From assembly GCA_964462875.1 (NCBI GenBank), contig CAYWZQ010000009.1:3618-67617 (forward strand): a DNA stretch of 64,000 nucleotides, written 5' to 3'. Under the pieces are notes generated by a model, which had not been told where the DNA came from, did not search any database, and saw nothing but the letters and a program-made list of their open reading frames with translations. The DNA comes from an uncultured Nitrososphaerota archaeon. Its GTDB lineage: Archaea > Thermoproteota > Methanomethylicia > Culexarchaeales > Culexmicrobiaceae. Positions 28,354 through 37,082 of the stretch are shown here, piece after piece; the stretch's first letter is position 1, and each line of letters begins with the position of its first letter. Made by a program: the position numbers and the translations under genes.

Positions 28354-28383
28354 TTAAATTTTTAGCGATAGCTAAAAATTTAA
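28354..28383. promoter_or_regulatory. Perfect 13-bp inverted repeat with a 4-bp spacer, TTAAATTTTTAGC-gata-GCTAAAAATTTAA. Candidate operator overlapping the TATA/BRE region of the divergent cooT-like and rnfB-like-fwdB-like-hdrA promoters.
   Basis: Read directly from the sequence. The arms are exact reverse complements. It sits about 55 nt upstream of the ATG at 28438 and about 20 nt upstream of the cooT-like start. Confidence 0.5.
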
Positions 28384-28437
28384 TACGATGTTATGTAAAA
28401 TCCCTATGAGAGAAGGTAAAGTGCAGGGTTGTGGGAT

Positions 28438-28902
28438 ATGGTTAAACTCAATCCAATGCAGATATTCAAACTGCTACCAAGAACAAATTGTAAAAAATGT
28501 GGTTATACGTGTATGGCATTTGCAGTTAAGCTTCTACAGAAAGAAGTTAGACTGGAGGATTGCGAGCCACTCTTCACGGATCCAAAGTATTCTAGTAACC
28601 TCGAGAAGCTGAAAGAGCTATTAAAACCTCTATTTGAAGCTGCTGAGACATTGATTAAAATCGATGAAGAGAAGTGCATTGGATGCGGTAATTGCATAAT
28701 TGCATGCCCAGCTAATGTTAGTATTGACCCTGAAGTAGGTAGAGGCATTAATCCGGTTAATGAGGAGGTAGTGTTCACCGTAATTGATGGTAAAATTAAG
28801 GTTTTAAACCTTGAGAAGTGTCGAAGATATCCTCCCCATAGAATGAACTGTAGGATATGTGAGGAAGTTTGCTTTAGTGGAGCTATTAAGGTGGTTGCAT
28901 GA
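28438..28902 (+). CDS. RnfB-like iron-sulfur protein: N-terminal CFeSP/RnfB-type [4Fe-4S] domain plus a 2x[4Fe-4S] ferredoxin domain (FwdG-like)
   Basis: 'LLPRTNCKKCGYTCMAFAVKLLQKEVRLEDC' follows a CX2CX3CX16C pattern like the CdhE/RnfB N-terminal domain. It is followed by 'CIGCGNCIIACP' and a second cluster motif. The track starts at the TTG at 28429. Confidence 0.7.
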   Translation: MVKLNPMQIFKLLPRTNCKKCGYTCMAFAVKLLQKEVRLEDCEPLFTDPKYSSNLEKLKELLKPLFEAAETLIKIDEEKCIGCGNCIIACPANVSIDPEVGRGINPVNEEVVFTVIDGKIKVLNLEKCRRYPPHRMNCRICEEVCFSGAIKVVA

Positions 28903-30149
28903 AGAAGTTTACTAATGTAGTATGTACTGGATGCTCTCTTGCATGTAGTGACCTAGTTGTTGAAGTTGAAGATAGTAGAGTGGAAAGGGTTTGGGGAGCT
29001 TGTAGCCATGGAGTAAAGCGTATAAAGGAGCTACCTGCAAAAAGATTGAAAAGTAATTTAAGTGTAAATGAATTGATCGACAAGGCGATTGATCTATTGA
29101 GAAAATCGAGAAAGCCCTTAATTTATGGATTTACTTCAAGTACAATTGAAACCATAAAAATAGGTCTATCGATCGCTGAAAAATTGAATGGAGTTTTTGA
29201 TAGTGAGCCAAGTATATGTCAACTACATATACCAATATCATTTGAAGTAGGCTTAAAGGAAGTTGGATTCGAAGAAGTTCTCGAGAAATCAGACTTCATA
29301 ATATACGCCTTCACCAACATAGCCAGTACTCATCTCAGACATGCAAGCAAATACGCCGTCTATCCTAGAGGGGAGTATGTTAAATCTGGTAAGGAGAGCA
29401 GAATTGTTATGACAATCAACTATAGAATGAATGATACCACTAAAATAGCTCAGCACAACATTAAAGTGGAGCTCGGTAAGGAAGTTGAAGCAATAGCTTC
29501 ATTGAAGAAGCTATTAATCGACGAAGAGCTGAAAGCGTCAGAGAAACTAGGTTTAACACGAGAAGCAGCCCTCCTCTTACTTAATGACTTTAAAGCTTCA
29601 ACTTACACCTCAATATTCGTGGGGCACCATCTACTATCTAGCATTTCAGCTAAAGAAGCCTACCACGAGATAGCTAGTCTCGTAAAAGAGATTGAAGAGA
29701 GAAAGGTTGCTACTTTAATACCACTTGCTGAAGAACTGAATTCCATGGGGGTAGCTAGAATTCTCTATGAAAAATATGGTGCCACACATGCATTAGAGTT
29801 CAAGAATGGGAAAGCGGAAAGCAATCCTACAGTTACAAGTGCATTTTCGAAGTTGATGAGGGAAGAGTTCGACTTAGCACTAATCGTTGGAAGCGATTTA
29901 TTTACATGCATCCCGCTTAGTGTAGCTGTAAAGCTTAAGAAGATACCAGTAATCTATGTTGGGTGTAGGAAAACTTTAATCTCAAAAGTTGCCAATGTAA
30001 GCATCCCAACTTTAATAGTCGGATTAGAGAGTGGAGGAGAGATAGTCAGGTCTGATGGTGTCAGAGTAGAGCTTACTCCGTTTCTAAATCCCCCACCAAG
30101 CATTTTAAGTGAAGAGGAGATTTTAAGTGAGATTTTAAGAGGGCTCTAG
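28899..30149 (+). CDS. Formylmethanofuran dehydrogenase subunit B-like molybdopterin oxidoreductase (second FwdB/FmdB paralog)
   Basis: N-terminal 'NVVCTGCSLACSDLVV' CxxCxxxC [4Fe-4S] motif as in FwdB. ~416 aa matches FwdB length. Assignment is at family level only. Confidence 0.55.
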   Translation: MKKFTNVVCTGCSLACSDLVVEVEDSRVERVWGACSHGVKRIKELPAKRLKSNLSVNELIDKAIDLLRKSRKPLIYGFTSSTIETIKIGLSIAEKLNGVFDSEPSICQLHIPISFEVGLKEVGFEEVLEKSDFIIYAFTNIASTHLRHASKYAVYPRGEYVKSGKESRIVMTINYRMNDTTKIAQHNIKVELGKEVEAIASLKKLLIDEELKASEKLGLTREAALLLLNDFKASTYTSIFVGHHLLSSISAKEAYHEIASLVKEIEERKVATLIPLAEELNSMGVARILYEKYGATHALEFKNGKAESNPTVTSAFSKLMREEFDLALIVGSDLFTCIPLSVAVKLKKIPVIYVGCRKTLISKVANVSIPTLIVGLESGGEIVRSDGVRVELTPFLNPPPSILSEEEILSEILRGL

Positions 30150-30150
30150 A

Positions 30151-32520
30151 TTGGTGGCGGGTAGAGATCTAAAGATTGCAGTTCTCATATGCAGGTGCGG
30201 CACAAACATAGCTGGAGTAGTAGATGTCGATTATTTAGTTAAAGAGATATCGCGTGTTGATGGCGTGGTTTGCTATGAGCATGAACACTGGTGTAGTGAA
30301 GATGGACTTCTCAAAATGCGTGAAGTAATTAAAGATGAAAAACCAGATAGAGTAGTCATCGCGGCTTGCACGCCACATCTGCATGAAGAGCTTTTCAGAG
30401 AAAACGCTGAGAAAGCTGGTTTAAATGGTGGATACGTGAAAGTAGTCAACATAAGGGAGCAATGTAGCTGGGTTCATTATAGAGAGCCGAGGAGAGCAAC
30501 CATTAAGGCTTTAGAATTAATTAGAGCTGCTATTGCAGCTGCTCCTTACTTTAGTCCCATTAAGAAAATTAAAGTTCCCATTACTAAGAAAGCTCTCGTA
30601 ATTGGAGGTGGAGTTTCCGGAATAACAGCTTCACTCTCACTAGCTGAAAAAGGTATTGAGGTTTATCTCGTGGAAAGAGAGGGATTCCTTGGAGGCCATA
30701 TGGCTAAACTTGATAAAGTTTTCCCAACAATGGACTGCAGCATTTGCATTCTTGGGCCATTAATGTCGAAGACTTACTCTCACCCTAAAATTAAAGTTTT
30801 AACGTTAAGTGAAGTGAAGGAAGTTGAAGGTGTACCAGGCAACTTCAGAGTTAAGATATTGAAGAGACCGAGATATGTTGACGAAGATAAGTGTAATGGA
30901 TGTAATAAGTGCTTGGAAGTATGCCCAATAGAAGTTCCAAATGAATATAATTATGGGCTAGGATACAGGAAGGCTATTGTGAAACCAGTTGCTGAAACTG
31001 TTCCAATTGCACCATACATTGACATGAAAAACTGTATTCTATGCATGTCATGTGCTGGAGTTTGCGAAAAAGAGGCAATAGATTTTGATCAGAAAGAAGA
31101 GCTTATAGAGCTCAACGTGGGGACAATAATTCTAGCGACAGGATTTGAAATTATAGATCCAAAGGAACTTGAAGAGTATGGTTATGGCAAATTTAGAAAT
31201 GTCATTTTAGGTATCGAATTGGAAAGACTTGTTAACCCGGATGGGCCTACAAGGGGTAGGGTCATTAGAATAAGTGATGGAAAGCCCGTAAGACGGGCAG
31301 CAATAATTCTATGTGCTGGATCCAGAGATGAAAGACACCTCCCATATTGTTGCAAGTTTGGTTGCATGGCCGGATTAAAACACGCAGTTTACTTAACAAG
31401 TTTAATTCCAAAAATTGAAGTTTACATTTTATATACGGATATTAGGGCAGCAGGTAAAGGATTCGAGGAATTTTATCAAAGAGTTAGGCGACTAGAAAAC
31501 GTCCATTTCATTAGAGGCAAGCCTTGTGAAATACTTGAGGATAGTGATGGAAGCATTAAAATACAAGTGTTTGACACCATAGCAGAGGAGCTATTTGAAC
31601 TGAAAGTCGATTTACTAATTCTTGAAGCTGGAATTGTACCTTCAAAGGGAACTAGCGAATTGTCGAAAATGCTTAAAATACCATTAAGCCCTGAGGGATT
31701 CTTCATGGAGTTTCATCCAAAGCTGAGACCAGCTGAAACATTTATTCATGGAGTATTCCTTGCTGGTGCATGCCAAGGACCAAAAGACATATCTGATAGC
31801 GTGTCTCATGCGGGCTTAGCAGCCTCTAAAGCAGCAACTCTGTTAATGTCTGAGAGCTTGGAGCTCCAAGTCCAAGCACCAGAAGTTGACACAAATAAAT
31901 GTGTTAAGTGCGGGCTCTGCGTTATATCCTGCGATTATAATGCCATAAAATTGACTAGAGAAGGCCCGGTGATAGCAACTGAACTCTGCGGTGGATGTCA
32001 AGCATGTGTAGCAGCCTGTCCTACTGGAGCGCTCAAACCAGTAGTGGATTTGAGTAATGAAGCAATATCAGCTATGATAGGGGAGCTGTTAAGGGAGAAG
32101 AGCGAGTATCCATTAATCATAGTGTTTGCATGTAAGTGGTGCGGTTATGAAGCGTTAGACTATGCGGGTGTAAATAGAATACCATATCCGACCGGTGTGA
32201 GAGTGATAGAGGTTACATGCTCTGCTAGAGTTAATCCAATACATATCCTCGAAGCATTGAAACTAGGTGCTGATGGAGTACTAATAATTGGGTGTAGAGA
32301 GCAAGACTGCCACTATAGAACTGGAAGGATTAGAGCCAATAGAAAACTTAATGCTTTAAAGGAAGCTCTAAAGCTTATAGGGATAAATCCAGATAGAGTT
32401 AAGATCATTGGTGCAGGGGCATCTGAAGGCGAAGAAGCAGCTAAGAAAATAACTGAATTTATTGAGGAAATAAAGAAAATTGGACCTTTAGGAACCGAAT
32501 TTGGGCGGGAGAAACTGTGA
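30151..32520 (+). CDS. hdrA: Heterodisulfide reductase subunit A with a C-terminal MvhD-like domain (HdrA-MvhD fusion)
   Basis: N-terminal Cys-rich domain, FAD fold 'ALVIGGGVSGITASLSLA', inserted and C-terminal 2x[4Fe-4S] motifs, and C-terminal 'ACKWCGYEALDYAG...CSARVNP...IIGCREQDCHY', which is MvhD-like. Confidence 0.85.
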   Translation: MVAGRDLKIAVLICRCGTNIAGVVDVDYLVKEISRVDGVVCYEHEHWCSEDGLLKMREVIKDEKPDRVVIAACTPHLHEELFRENAEKAGLNGGYVKVVNIREQCSWVHYREPRRATIKALELIRAAIAAAPYFSPIKKIKVPITKKALVIGGGVSGITASLSLAEKGIEVYLVEREGFLGGHMAKLDKVFPTMDCSICILGPLMSKTYSHPKIKVLTLSEVKEVEGVPGNFRVKILKRPRYVDEDKCNGCNKCLEVCPIEVPNEYNYGLGYRKAIVKPVAETVPIAPYIDMKNCILCMSCAGVCEKEAIDFDQKEELIELNVGTIILATGFEIIDPKELEEYGYGKFRNVILGIELERLVNPDGPTRGRVIRISDGKPVRRAAIILCAGSRDERHLPYCCKFGCMAGLKHAVYLTSLIPKIEVYILYTDIRAAGKGFEEFYQRVRRLENVHFIRGKPCEILEDSDGSIKIQVFDTIAEELFELKVDLLILEAGIVPSKGTSELSKMLKIPLSPEGFFMEFHPKLRPAETFIHGVFLAGACQGPKDISDSVSHAGLAASKAATLLMSESLELQVQAPEVDTNKCVKCGLCVISCDYNAIKLTREGPVIATELCGGCQACVAACPTGALKPVVDLSNEAISAMIGELLREKSEYPLIIVFACKWCGYEALDYAGVNRIPYPTGVRVIEVTCSARVNPIHILEALKLGADGVLIIGCREQDCHYRTGRIRANRKLNALKEALKLIGINPDRVKIIGAGASEGEEAAKKITEFIEEIKKIGPLGTEFGREKL

Positions 32521-33800
32521 GCATTGAAAAACCAACTTTACAGTTAATAGAATTCAATCACATCATAAAGTATGAGTGGGTAGCTCCGAAGCTTATTAAG
32601 AGATTGAAGTACTTTAAAGATAAATGCAACGGCTGTGGATTATGCGTAGAAGTTTGCCCTGTAAATGCAATAATGCTTGGTCCCGTAAAAGAGGTTGCAT
32701 CTGGAGAAATGGAGGCACCACTAATAATAATCGATGAAACCAAATGCATAGCGTGCCCTTTATGCATGCTGATATGTCCATTAAATGCCATAGTACTTGA
32801 ACACGAAAAGATACTTGAGTACCCAAAAGTTGAAGGTGAAATCAAAGTAGATAAGGAAAAATGCATACCGTGCCTGTTATGCGAGAAGATATGCCCACTT
32901 AAGGCCATAGAGGTTGAAGTTAAAGTTCCTAAAAAGGATGAACTTGTTAAGTACGTGTCTGATGAAAAATGGGCCGAGGGGTCCATATTTATAAACGAGG
33001 AAAAGTGCGTTTACTGTGGACTTTGTGAACTGCTGTGTGATGCTATAAAAATTTATTGGAGCGAACCAAAACCGCCAGAGTATAGGCCAGCACTTGGCAT
33101 TGTAATTGACGAAAGTAAGTGTGATTACTGTGAGCTATGTGAAGAAATATGCCCAGTTGATGCAATTAAGGTTGAATGCACTTCTTCAGCCCCAAGAAAA
33201 ATATTTAAAGTATCGATATCTGGTGAAGTTAAAATTGATAGAGATAAGTGTGTTTATTGTGGTTTATGCGAACATGTCTGTCCAGTTGAGGCGATGGAAG
33301 TTGAGAGAGCACTTGAAGGTAGAATTGAGCTAGTGAACTTGGAGAAATGCGATCCATCAGGATGCAAAAACTGCATCAACATTTGTCCAACTAATGCAAT
33401 ATTCGCGAGAAAAAAGGAGAAAGGTATCAGTATTAGCGATAAAAGTTGTATATACTGTGGAGCCTGTGAAAATGCTTGTCCGGAGCAGGTAATTGAGGTG
33501 AGAATTTCTAAGATTAAAGTTAAAGGAAGGAAAAGTCCGCATGACGAAGCTTTAAGGAAGCACTTAATGAAGGTTATTGAGGACTATGAAATTCCTAAGC
33601 CAGAGATTTACATTAGAGAAGTTAAGCCTCCGGAAATTAAAGTAGAATTACCTGAGGCTATGGAAGTGCCTCCTAAGCCTGAGGGGTACGATACTGCAAG
33701 AAAGGCTATTGACGAGTTACTAGGGCACTTACGGAGTAGTAAGACGAGAATTCTACTTGAATTAGGGAAAATAGATAAATTGAAGGAGGTTATAGTTTGA
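32517..33800 (+). CDS. Polyferredoxin with 8 predicted [4Fe-4S] clusters (FwdF/MvhB-like)
   Basis: Eight CxxCxxCxxxCP-type motifs, for example 'CNGCGLCVEVCP', 'CIACPLCMLICP', 'CVYCGLCEHVCP', 'CIYCGACENACP'. Confidence 0.85.
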   Translation: MSIEKPTLQLIEFNHIIKYEWVAPKLIKRLKYFKDKCNGCGLCVEVCPVNAIMLGPVKEVASGEMEAPLIIIDETKCIACPLCMLICPLNAIVLEHEKILEYPKVEGEIKVDKEKCIPCLLCEKICPLKAIEVEVKVPKKDELVKYVSDEKWAEGSIFINEEKCVYCGLCELLCDAIKIYWSEPKPPEYRPALGIVIDESKCDYCELCEEICPVDAIKVECTSSAPRKIFKVSISGEVKIDRDKCVYCGLCEHVCPVEAMEVERALEGRIELVNLEKCDPSGCKNCINICPTNAIFARKKEKGISISDKSCIYCGACENACPEQVIEVRISKIKVKGRKSPHDEALRKHLMKVIEDYEIPKPEIYIREVKPPEIKVELPEAMEVPPKPEGYDTARKAIDELLGHLRSSKTRILLELGKIDKLKEVIV

Positions 33801-33811
33801 AGCACCTTCAA

Positions 33812-34204
33812 TTACTGTTCAGGTGAAATTAGTGAAATTAAGCTGGTTAGTGAGGTACATAGCGCTGGCTTAACTGTGACCTTAATTCGCCCGTAAACTG
33901 GATGCCCTTCACTACTAACTATTGGTGGGATTAGGGCCATAGACCAAGGACTAAGGGGCATTATTATTAGCCCTTCCTCAATGTCCTCTTTACTGAAAGC
34001 TTTAACTACGACTTTTGAGGTCATGAATGAAAGCTCTATGCAATCACCATCTTTAATGCCAAGTTTCTCCATATCAGTTTTTGATAGAAAAGCTAACGCA
34101 CAGAATTTCACATATTCATCACTGCAAGTACTGATCTTTGATGCTAACTCTTGGTCGTGTGTACGCTCAATTAGTAATGTGAGCCTTAGCATTTCACTCT
34201 TCAC
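33812..34204 (-). CDS. FwdD-like protein (molybdopterin-dinucleotide-binding barrel domain), standalone
   Basis: 'LRLTLLIERT', 'MEKLGIKDGDCIELSF...KVVVKA' and 'IIMPLSPWSMALIPPIVSSEGHPVYGRIKVTVKP' parallel FwdD 'GMPHFKG...VKIE'. Overlaps the cdhE stop. Confidence 0.55.
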   Translation of the reverse strand: MKSEMLRLTLLIERTHDQELASKISTCSDEYVKFCALAFLSKTDMEKLGIKDGDCIELSFMTSKVVVKAFSKEDIEEGLIIMPLSPWSMALIPPIVSSEGHPVYGRIKVTVKPALCTSLTSLISLISPEQ

Positions 34205-35630
34205 TCTTTTCCCCGAAAACTTCTGGAATCCATACTTTATCTATAAACTTCTTTATATTGGCAGAATCTCTTGGACCGACGAATACTCTCCAATCCTTAA
34301 GCATATCTTCTAATTCACCACTTAAACGAGCTGCATAGCCCGGCAATATGATTGTCTTATGCTTTACCTTTTCAGCTAAATTGAATTCTTGCACTGCTTC
34401 AGCTATCTTATCTGATGTGAACTTCTTACCTGCAACAGCAGATTCTACGCTTATACCTTCAGTATCGATGACGAGGAGCCATGCATCGATTTTCGCTTTT
34501 TCAACATCATCCTTGACTAAGTAGTATGTTAATGCGAAGTTTCCAGTTACTAGTAGCGGTGAGTTTTCATTAGGCTTTCCAATCTCGTAGAGGCCGGGCT
34601 TAACTGATGGTGGTACTCTTGGGTCGGTATATACGCAATCTCTCCACACAATTACTGGTAGTATGGGCCAGACATCAGTACTGTGCATTATAAGGATGTC
34701 AGCATATCTTGACATTAGGGATGATGCAATTATCGATTCAATATATGCTTTTTCCTCCGGAGACTTCTCCTTATCAAGCCAAATAACTGCTGGTACACCC
34801 AGAAGTGGATAGCCAAGAAGCTCATCGCCTTCCTCTATAGCTGCGTATCGAAGAGCACTGAATAAGCTTATAGTGTCAATTATTGAATCTCCTAGGTTAG
34901 TTCCTGGATCAAGAACTAGGTCGTCAAGACCGAAGTGTTCTTTCAAAGACTTAACAAGTGATCTTAGAAGGTCAGGATTTCCCGGTGCTGATACGACAAG
35001 CGGGCATTTGTATTTAATCGATAAATTCGCCACATCCTTCCAGTTCCTTTCGTTTGCAGCATATATTAGTGGCTTTCTATCCTTAGCTACGATTAAAGCT
35101 TCTTCAAGCACGTTCGGATCGTAAGAGCATAGAATGAAAGGTTTAGAGGTTAACTTCATGACTCTTGAGACTACTTTTGCAAACTTCTCTGGTATGCCCG
35201 AAACGCATCTAATGGCTAATCCATCAAGTGTTAGCTCCTTTCCTATTCTAATATATTTGAATTCATTTACGAACTTCACTCTCTTACTTATCTCATCTTC
35301 GTCCATTTCATCATGAATATCAATCATTATTGCAGTTTGAAATCTCCATGTCCATTCATGCCTGTAAACTACATCTTTTCCGCCAATTTTTACTTCATGG
35401 GGAGGGACACCGAAAAGTACCTCCTTAACTGGTGGACGAATCAGTTTTAGCAGTTCTTTTAACTTTGAAGCGTATCTTGGGTCTCTAAATAGAGGTTTAC
35501 ATTTTTCAACTGAAACCTCTCTTTCTATTAATTTACTGGCAAAAGCCATACAGCTTTTCTCTCCACATTCACCGCAGTTAGTTTGAGGTAGATATCGATA
35601 AACTTGAAGTGGATTCAATCTCTTGGGCAT
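34194..35630 (-). CDS. cdhE: ACDS/CFeSP gamma subunit (corrinoid iron-sulfur protein large subunit)
   Basis: N-terminal 'LPQTNCGECGEKSCMAFASKLIEREVSVEKC' [4Fe-4S] motif followed by a TIM-barrel corrinoid domain. 478 aa. Confidence 0.85.
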   Translation of the reverse strand: MPKRLNPLQVYRYLPQTNCGECGEKSCMAFASKLIEREVSVEKCKPLFRDPRYASKLKELLKLIRPPVKEVLFGVPPHEVKIGGKDVVYRHEWTWRFQTAIMIDIHDEMDEDEISKRVKFVNEFKYIRIGKELTLDGLAIRCVSGIPEKFAKVVSRVMKLTSKPFILCSYDPNVLEEALIVAKDRKPLIYAANERNWKDVANLSIKYKCPLVVSAPGNPDLLRSLVKSLKEHFGLDDLVLDPGTNLGDSIIDTISLFSALRYAAIEEGDELLGYPLLGVPAVIWLDKEKSPEEKAYIESIIASSLMSRYADILIMHSTDVWPILPVIVWRDCVYTDPRVPPSVKPGLYEIGKPNENSPLLVTGNFALTYYLVKDDVEKAKIDAWLLVIDTEGISVESAVAGKKFTSDKIAEAVQEFNLAEKVKHKTIILPGYAARLSGELEDMLKDWRVFVGPRDSANIKKFIDKVWIPEVFGEKSEE

Positions 35631-35642
35631 AAATATCCCTCC

Positions 35643-36926
35643 CTAATACTTTGCAGTAACCCAGCTTTCATACCCAGCTTCACTTAATGGCTTCCTCACC
35701 TTCTTTAGTGCTTCAGCGAACATTCTTATGGTGCGCATTGCTCTTGGATGCAACATCATAAATAAATCCGTGCCAGCTAGTAGAGCAATAATAGCTGTTG
35801 AGACCTCCCAGAGAGGCCCTCTAATCTCTCTAGGTCCAAGTGATGGATCCTTACTTCTAGCTTCTCTTGCAGCCCATGCATTTGATGAGGCCGAGCACAT
35901 AGGTACTTGAAGTACTTCCTCTCCTAGCAGAGCTGAAAGTCTAATTCTCTCCATTATACTGAATGAATATTCAATACCGTAACCCAAGGCGCCAGTGGTT
36001 GGATCTAAAATTATTCTATTCTTTGGTAGACCTGCCTCCATAGCCTTCCTACAGAGATCCTTAGCTTGGTTAATATCTATGAAAGCGAGTGCTATCACAT
36101 CGTGACCATGCTCTTTTATTGGCTTGACAGCTTTCTCGATGTTCATGTCAAGTGTTATTGAGTTAAATACTATACGCTCACCTGCAGTTACTTCAGCAAG
36201 TTTAGTAAAGAGCTTGACATCTTTTTCAGGATCTCCGGAGCCACCAATGATTAATGGTACTTTAACTGCTTGGAGCACGTTCTCAACTACCTTAGCAGCT
36301 TCACTGACAGGCGTATCTTTTATTCCCGGATCAGTGCTTATCAAGTGCAATGAGATGATGTCCGCGCCGAATTTCTCAACTGCAACCCTGGCCCACTCAG
36401 CAGGATCATTTATAGCATCACCATAAATCTCCCTTACTGGCCGAGGGGCAGACGGCATGTCGAATACGTCTAAAGTAGCAACCATTGGATTTGGTGGTGT
36501 TTCAGCAAATAGGAAGAATGGCATTGATGATGATCCACCAACCTTAATAATGTGACTCCTAGTGCCACCTTCACTTTTTGTTGCTCCAATTGTAACTTCA
36601 GCTATCTTACCTTTGAATGGTAGTTTTGGATACTCAAATTTTACTTTAATGAGCTCTACAGGTTTAGGCTTTGCTGGAGGAGCTGGAGGTAGCGATATTA
36701 ATCTAACACCTTGAGGTGAAGCCTCAACTAGTAACTCTAACTTACTAGCTCCAGTTAGAGGTTCGAGGGTTAACTTAAAGTAACCGGGCATTTGGGGTGC
36801 TTGAGGAGGTATGAAAGTTACTGTTAATTCATCAGCATCAATAACTACGTCAGTTAACTCTATCTCCTCAGCTTCTGAAATTAAATTAAGCAAATCTTTG
36901 AAGGCTTTCCTCTTATGTTCCTCCAC
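35643..36926 (-). CDS. cdhD: ACDS/CFeSP delta subunit (corrinoid iron-sulfur protein small subunit)
   Basis: 427 aa. Position and size match cdhD in the cdhABCDE order. No cysteine-cluster motif, as expected. Confidence 0.7.
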   Translation of the reverse strand: MEEHKRKAFKDLLNLISEAEEIELTDVVIDADELTVTFIPPQAPQMPGYFKLTLEPLTGASKLELLVEASPQGVRLISLPPAPPAKPKPVELIKVKFEYPKLPFKGKIAEVTIGATKSEGGTRSHIIKVGGSSSMPFFLFAETPPNPMVATLDVFDMPSAPRPVREIYGDAINDPAEWARVAVEKFGADIISLHLISTDPGIKDTPVSEAAKVVENVLQAVKVPLIIGGSGDPEKDVKLFTKLAEVTAGERIVFNSITLDMNIEKAVKPIKEHGHDVIALAFIDINQAKDLCRKAMEAGLPKNRIILDPTTGALGYGIEYSFSIMERIRLSALLGEEVLQVPMCSASSNAWAAREARSKDPSLGPREIRGPLWEVSTAIIALLAGTDLFMMLHPRAMRTIRMFAEALKKVRKPLSEAGYESWVTAKY

Positions 36927-37082
36927 TTTGCCTACCCCTCTCCCTGGAAATTATCATTTTATTTGCCCTAATCTCTACACCTTCAAGTTCCACTACGTAG
37001 TTCCGCTTTAGCAAATTAGTAATGAAGGATATTAAATCTGATAATGGTTCCTCAGCTTTCTTCTCGGATTTCTCACTCAATA

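Noticed and set aside
28388-28612. 74-aa plus ORF overlapping the start of the RnfB-like gene
   Set aside because: It is in an alternative frame of the clearly supported CFeSP-type FeS-domain gene. No motifs.
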